The translations under genes and the position numbers were made by a program. The notes under the pieces are model-generated. The model did not search any database, was not told the DNA's origin, and saw only the letters and a program-made list of their open reading frames with translations. A DNA stretch of 64,000 bases, from assembly GCA_964035545.1 (NCBI GenBank), contig OZ037765.1:32115504-32179503 (forward strand), written 5' to 3'. Numbering within the stretch: the stretch's first letter is position 1; every line of letters begins with the position of its first letter. The DNA comes from Bugula neritina. Lineage: Eukaryota; Animalia; Bryozoa. Of this stretch, positions 61,340 through 64,000 are shown piece by piece.

Positions 61340-63859
61340 TTATAAACCATTCAGCATATCGTCCAGCGAGGGCATATCCTCCGAACACAGAGCAGAACTT
61401 GACGACGTATTGCTCACTGTTGAGTTGTACACAAAGTTACTAACTAAGGTGCTCGCCCTCGCCAACTTCTTAGCCCTGGGTGGCGTCTGCATAGGAGTTG
61501 TTTGAACTTCCTGTTTCACGGAATGAACAGAAGTCTTGACTTTTTTATTACCGGCTGGCTTCTTCTGAGCATCTGACAGAGTGAACATGACCTTCTTACG
61601 CTTTGACTTCTCAGGGGAGGCTTCGGACTTCTTGTTTCTCATAGACTTTGGCACATAGCCTGTGAGCAGACGACCTTTCTGCTCTTTGTTCTTCTGGAGC
61701 AGAGGCTTCACAAGGTCTAAATATGACTTGTTAGCCTGAGGGTTAGATTTAGGTGTGCTAAGCTGAGGGGTGGAGGCTGATTTATTGACAACCGAAAGTG
61801 ACGCAGACGTTGTGCTACCCTTAGACAGGGATCCTATAATATCGCTGTAGGAACTATGGGCAGCTGGTCCTCTGCCACTAAGACCTGACCCATAGGGCGG
61901 TCTTTCTGAAGGTCGTTTAGAGGTTATTTTAGGAGTTAGTAAAGGAATAGATTTCTTAGTAACTTTTACTGAAGATGCACTGCTGGTTTCTTTCAACTGA
62001 TTGCCTATAGGAGCAGAAGATGTTATACTAGAGGTGATTGGTGGAATAAGTTTAGTCTGATTATATACATTATTTACAGGAGGTGATGCAATAGGACAAG
62101 TTGCAGAAGGCAGGGATTCCCACAGTACTAGGTGTATGTTTGGAGAGGGCAACTCCTCTTTCTGGATGTTAAACTGAGAGTACTGGGACTTCATGTCGTC
62201 ATAACACATCCATTCGCCTGAATATATAAAATAATATATATAATATAGTATAGTATATAATATAATATAATACAGTATAGTACTAGTATATAACATAACA
62301 CAGTATAGTACTAGTATATAATATAATATAGTATAGTACTAGTATATAACATAATACAGTATAGTACTAGTATATAATATAATATAATACAGTATAATTT
62401 ACCGGTAGAGTGGAGCTGCCGAGTCCAGACAGTGAAGTGGTCGGGGGAAGTTGTGTGCTCCACCACTGACGTCACGACATATCGAGAGCCGGAGGGGGAG
62501 GTGAAGTTGAGTTTATTGATATTACATAGCCCTTGGCCCTCAGTGAAATGCATCACCAGGTTAGGGGTGTACCTACAACCAGCCATACCACAATGCAACA
62601 CAATTCAGACAGCTAGACTTGGATATGTAAATGCGTTATTGTGACTTGAAACGAGTTTAAATAAAAACTTTTGCTAAAAAAGATTTCTTTCTGAATCTCA
62701 AGTTTAATTTTTACAGCAGGACTATGGATGTAGAATTACAAGTCCCTTTAAAAGGCGTATTCATGGCTATTTAGCTGCCAGTAAACACAGCGTGTTGAGT
62801 CACTTACTTGGATATGCGGAGTTGTCTTGCCTGGCCCGGAGCCAAGCACTTGGTACACGTGTACTCATGTATCATGGCTCCACTTTGTACGTCAAACTTA
62901 TCAGTCAGTTGGGGGAATGTGATGATGTGATTAGCGTTTCTGTAAGTATATTGCAGAGAGTAAGTACATCACAACTTGAAGTAAGTATGGAGCATAGAGT
63001 AAGTACATAACAACTTAAAGTAAGTATATTGCAGAGTAAGTACATAACAACTTAAAGTAAGTATATAATATAAAGTAATTATGTTACGTAGAGTAAGTAC
63101 AAAGCTTAAAGTATATAGTAAAGAGTAAGTAAATACTCAGAACTTACTTGGACACACTGCGATGGTGACACACCATACAGCTTACACTCCACTCATACTC
63201 CGTATGGAATAGCCCGGAAACTGAGCTCTCCGATTCTACTATAGCGGGGAGGGCAAACACCGGGCTAAACTTTTTACCTCTCTCACAATTTAGTTTCTGC
63301 TCCACACTTTGCCATATCTACATAAAGTAAGATTTCAAGTAAAATTCATTTATGAAATAGAAGACATCAGAGTATTGACCAAAACGGTTAGAGTTGTGGG
63401 ATATGGGTCAGACTCTTCTCTTTTTGGACAGGACTGAGTCTAATAGGAAATAAAGCTTTGAAAAACCAGATATATTATCAACACATCGTCTGCTGTAATT
63501 AGCGCGTGAATAGTTTGCGCCTTTAGAACATATTTTATTGTGCACGATTCTCAGGATTACTGTTGGTTTAAGAAATATATTATTATTATTCAGGCAAGTT
63601 TTTAGAGTTGTTCTCTCATAAATGAGTCATTTTTATTTGTACAAGACTAAGAGCAACTAGCCATGGACACACACACACAGCTGAGTAGTTAGGGGAGGGG
63701 GAGATTGACGCACCTCTTCTCGGACACACTCCAGTTTGATCCCGGCTAAGTGAATCTTTCTTTTGGCATTGTTCACTTCTTGACTAGAGAGAGCATGGCA
63801 GTTGGAGATGTTGGCCAGTATGGAGTTGGAGCTTGTGGTCGGCATGCAGTAGCCACCCC
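61340..63859 (-). CDS. USPL1: USPL1-like SUMO-specific isopeptidase (Peptidase C98), 3' exons; 5' end beyond window
   Basis: Exons ~63714-63859, 63148-63317 (FSPVFALPAI..LFHTEYEWSVSCMVC), 62808-62939 (IITFPQL..YTCTKC), 62403-62572 (LVMHFTEG..YVVTSVVEH...DHFTVW) and 61340-62217 (GEWMCYDDMK..PNIHLVLWE, then a low-complexity basic tail). These match the His-box/Asp motifs of USPL1; the catalytic Cys exon is not in the window. Confidence 0.75.
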
Positions 63860-63992
63860 CTACACAGTACATAAACAATACAGTGGTGTACAACACCCCC
63901 TACGCAGTACATCAACAATATAGTGGTGTACAACACCCCCTACACAGCACATCAACAATACAGTGGTGTACAACACCCCCTACGCAGTAAAT
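63855..63992. repeat. ~41-bp tandem repeat containing the USPL1 splice acceptor
   Basis: About 3.5 copies of CCCCCTACA/GCAGTACATCAACAATACAGTGGTGTACAACA. Confidence 0.85.
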
Positions 63993-64000
63993 AACCATAT

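Overview
AT-rich, intron-rich eukaryotic (metazoan, probably invertebrate/lophotrochozoan - inference) genomic DNA, not prokaryotic. From left to right: the 5' end of a Gypsy-type LTR retrotransposon (gag, tRNA-Ser PBS, LTR; minus), a 5'-truncated CR1/L2-type LINE (minus), WASH1 (+, 8 coding exons), bifunctional PAPS synthase (+, 11 exons), a Roundabout receptor (minus; 5 Ig + 3 FN3 + TM + CC motifs), sphingosine-1-phosphate lyase (+, divergent from Robo), an unknown 2-TM protein (minus) and the 3' part of a USPL1-like SUMO isopeptidase (minus). Introns contain tRNA-derived SINEs, a Tourist-like MITE and many mini/microsatellites. The most unusual structure is an ~8.5 kb TIR-bounded element filling one Robo intron. 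It has an ATAT target duplication, GTGACC termini and convergent decayed genes resembling a Kolobok-type transposase and a P2X7-ballast/nanor-like protein. A second recurring pattern is intronic tandem repeats that copy the adjacent splice site. Exon coordinates were read by eye from GT/AG boundaries and reading frame, and may be off by a few bases.
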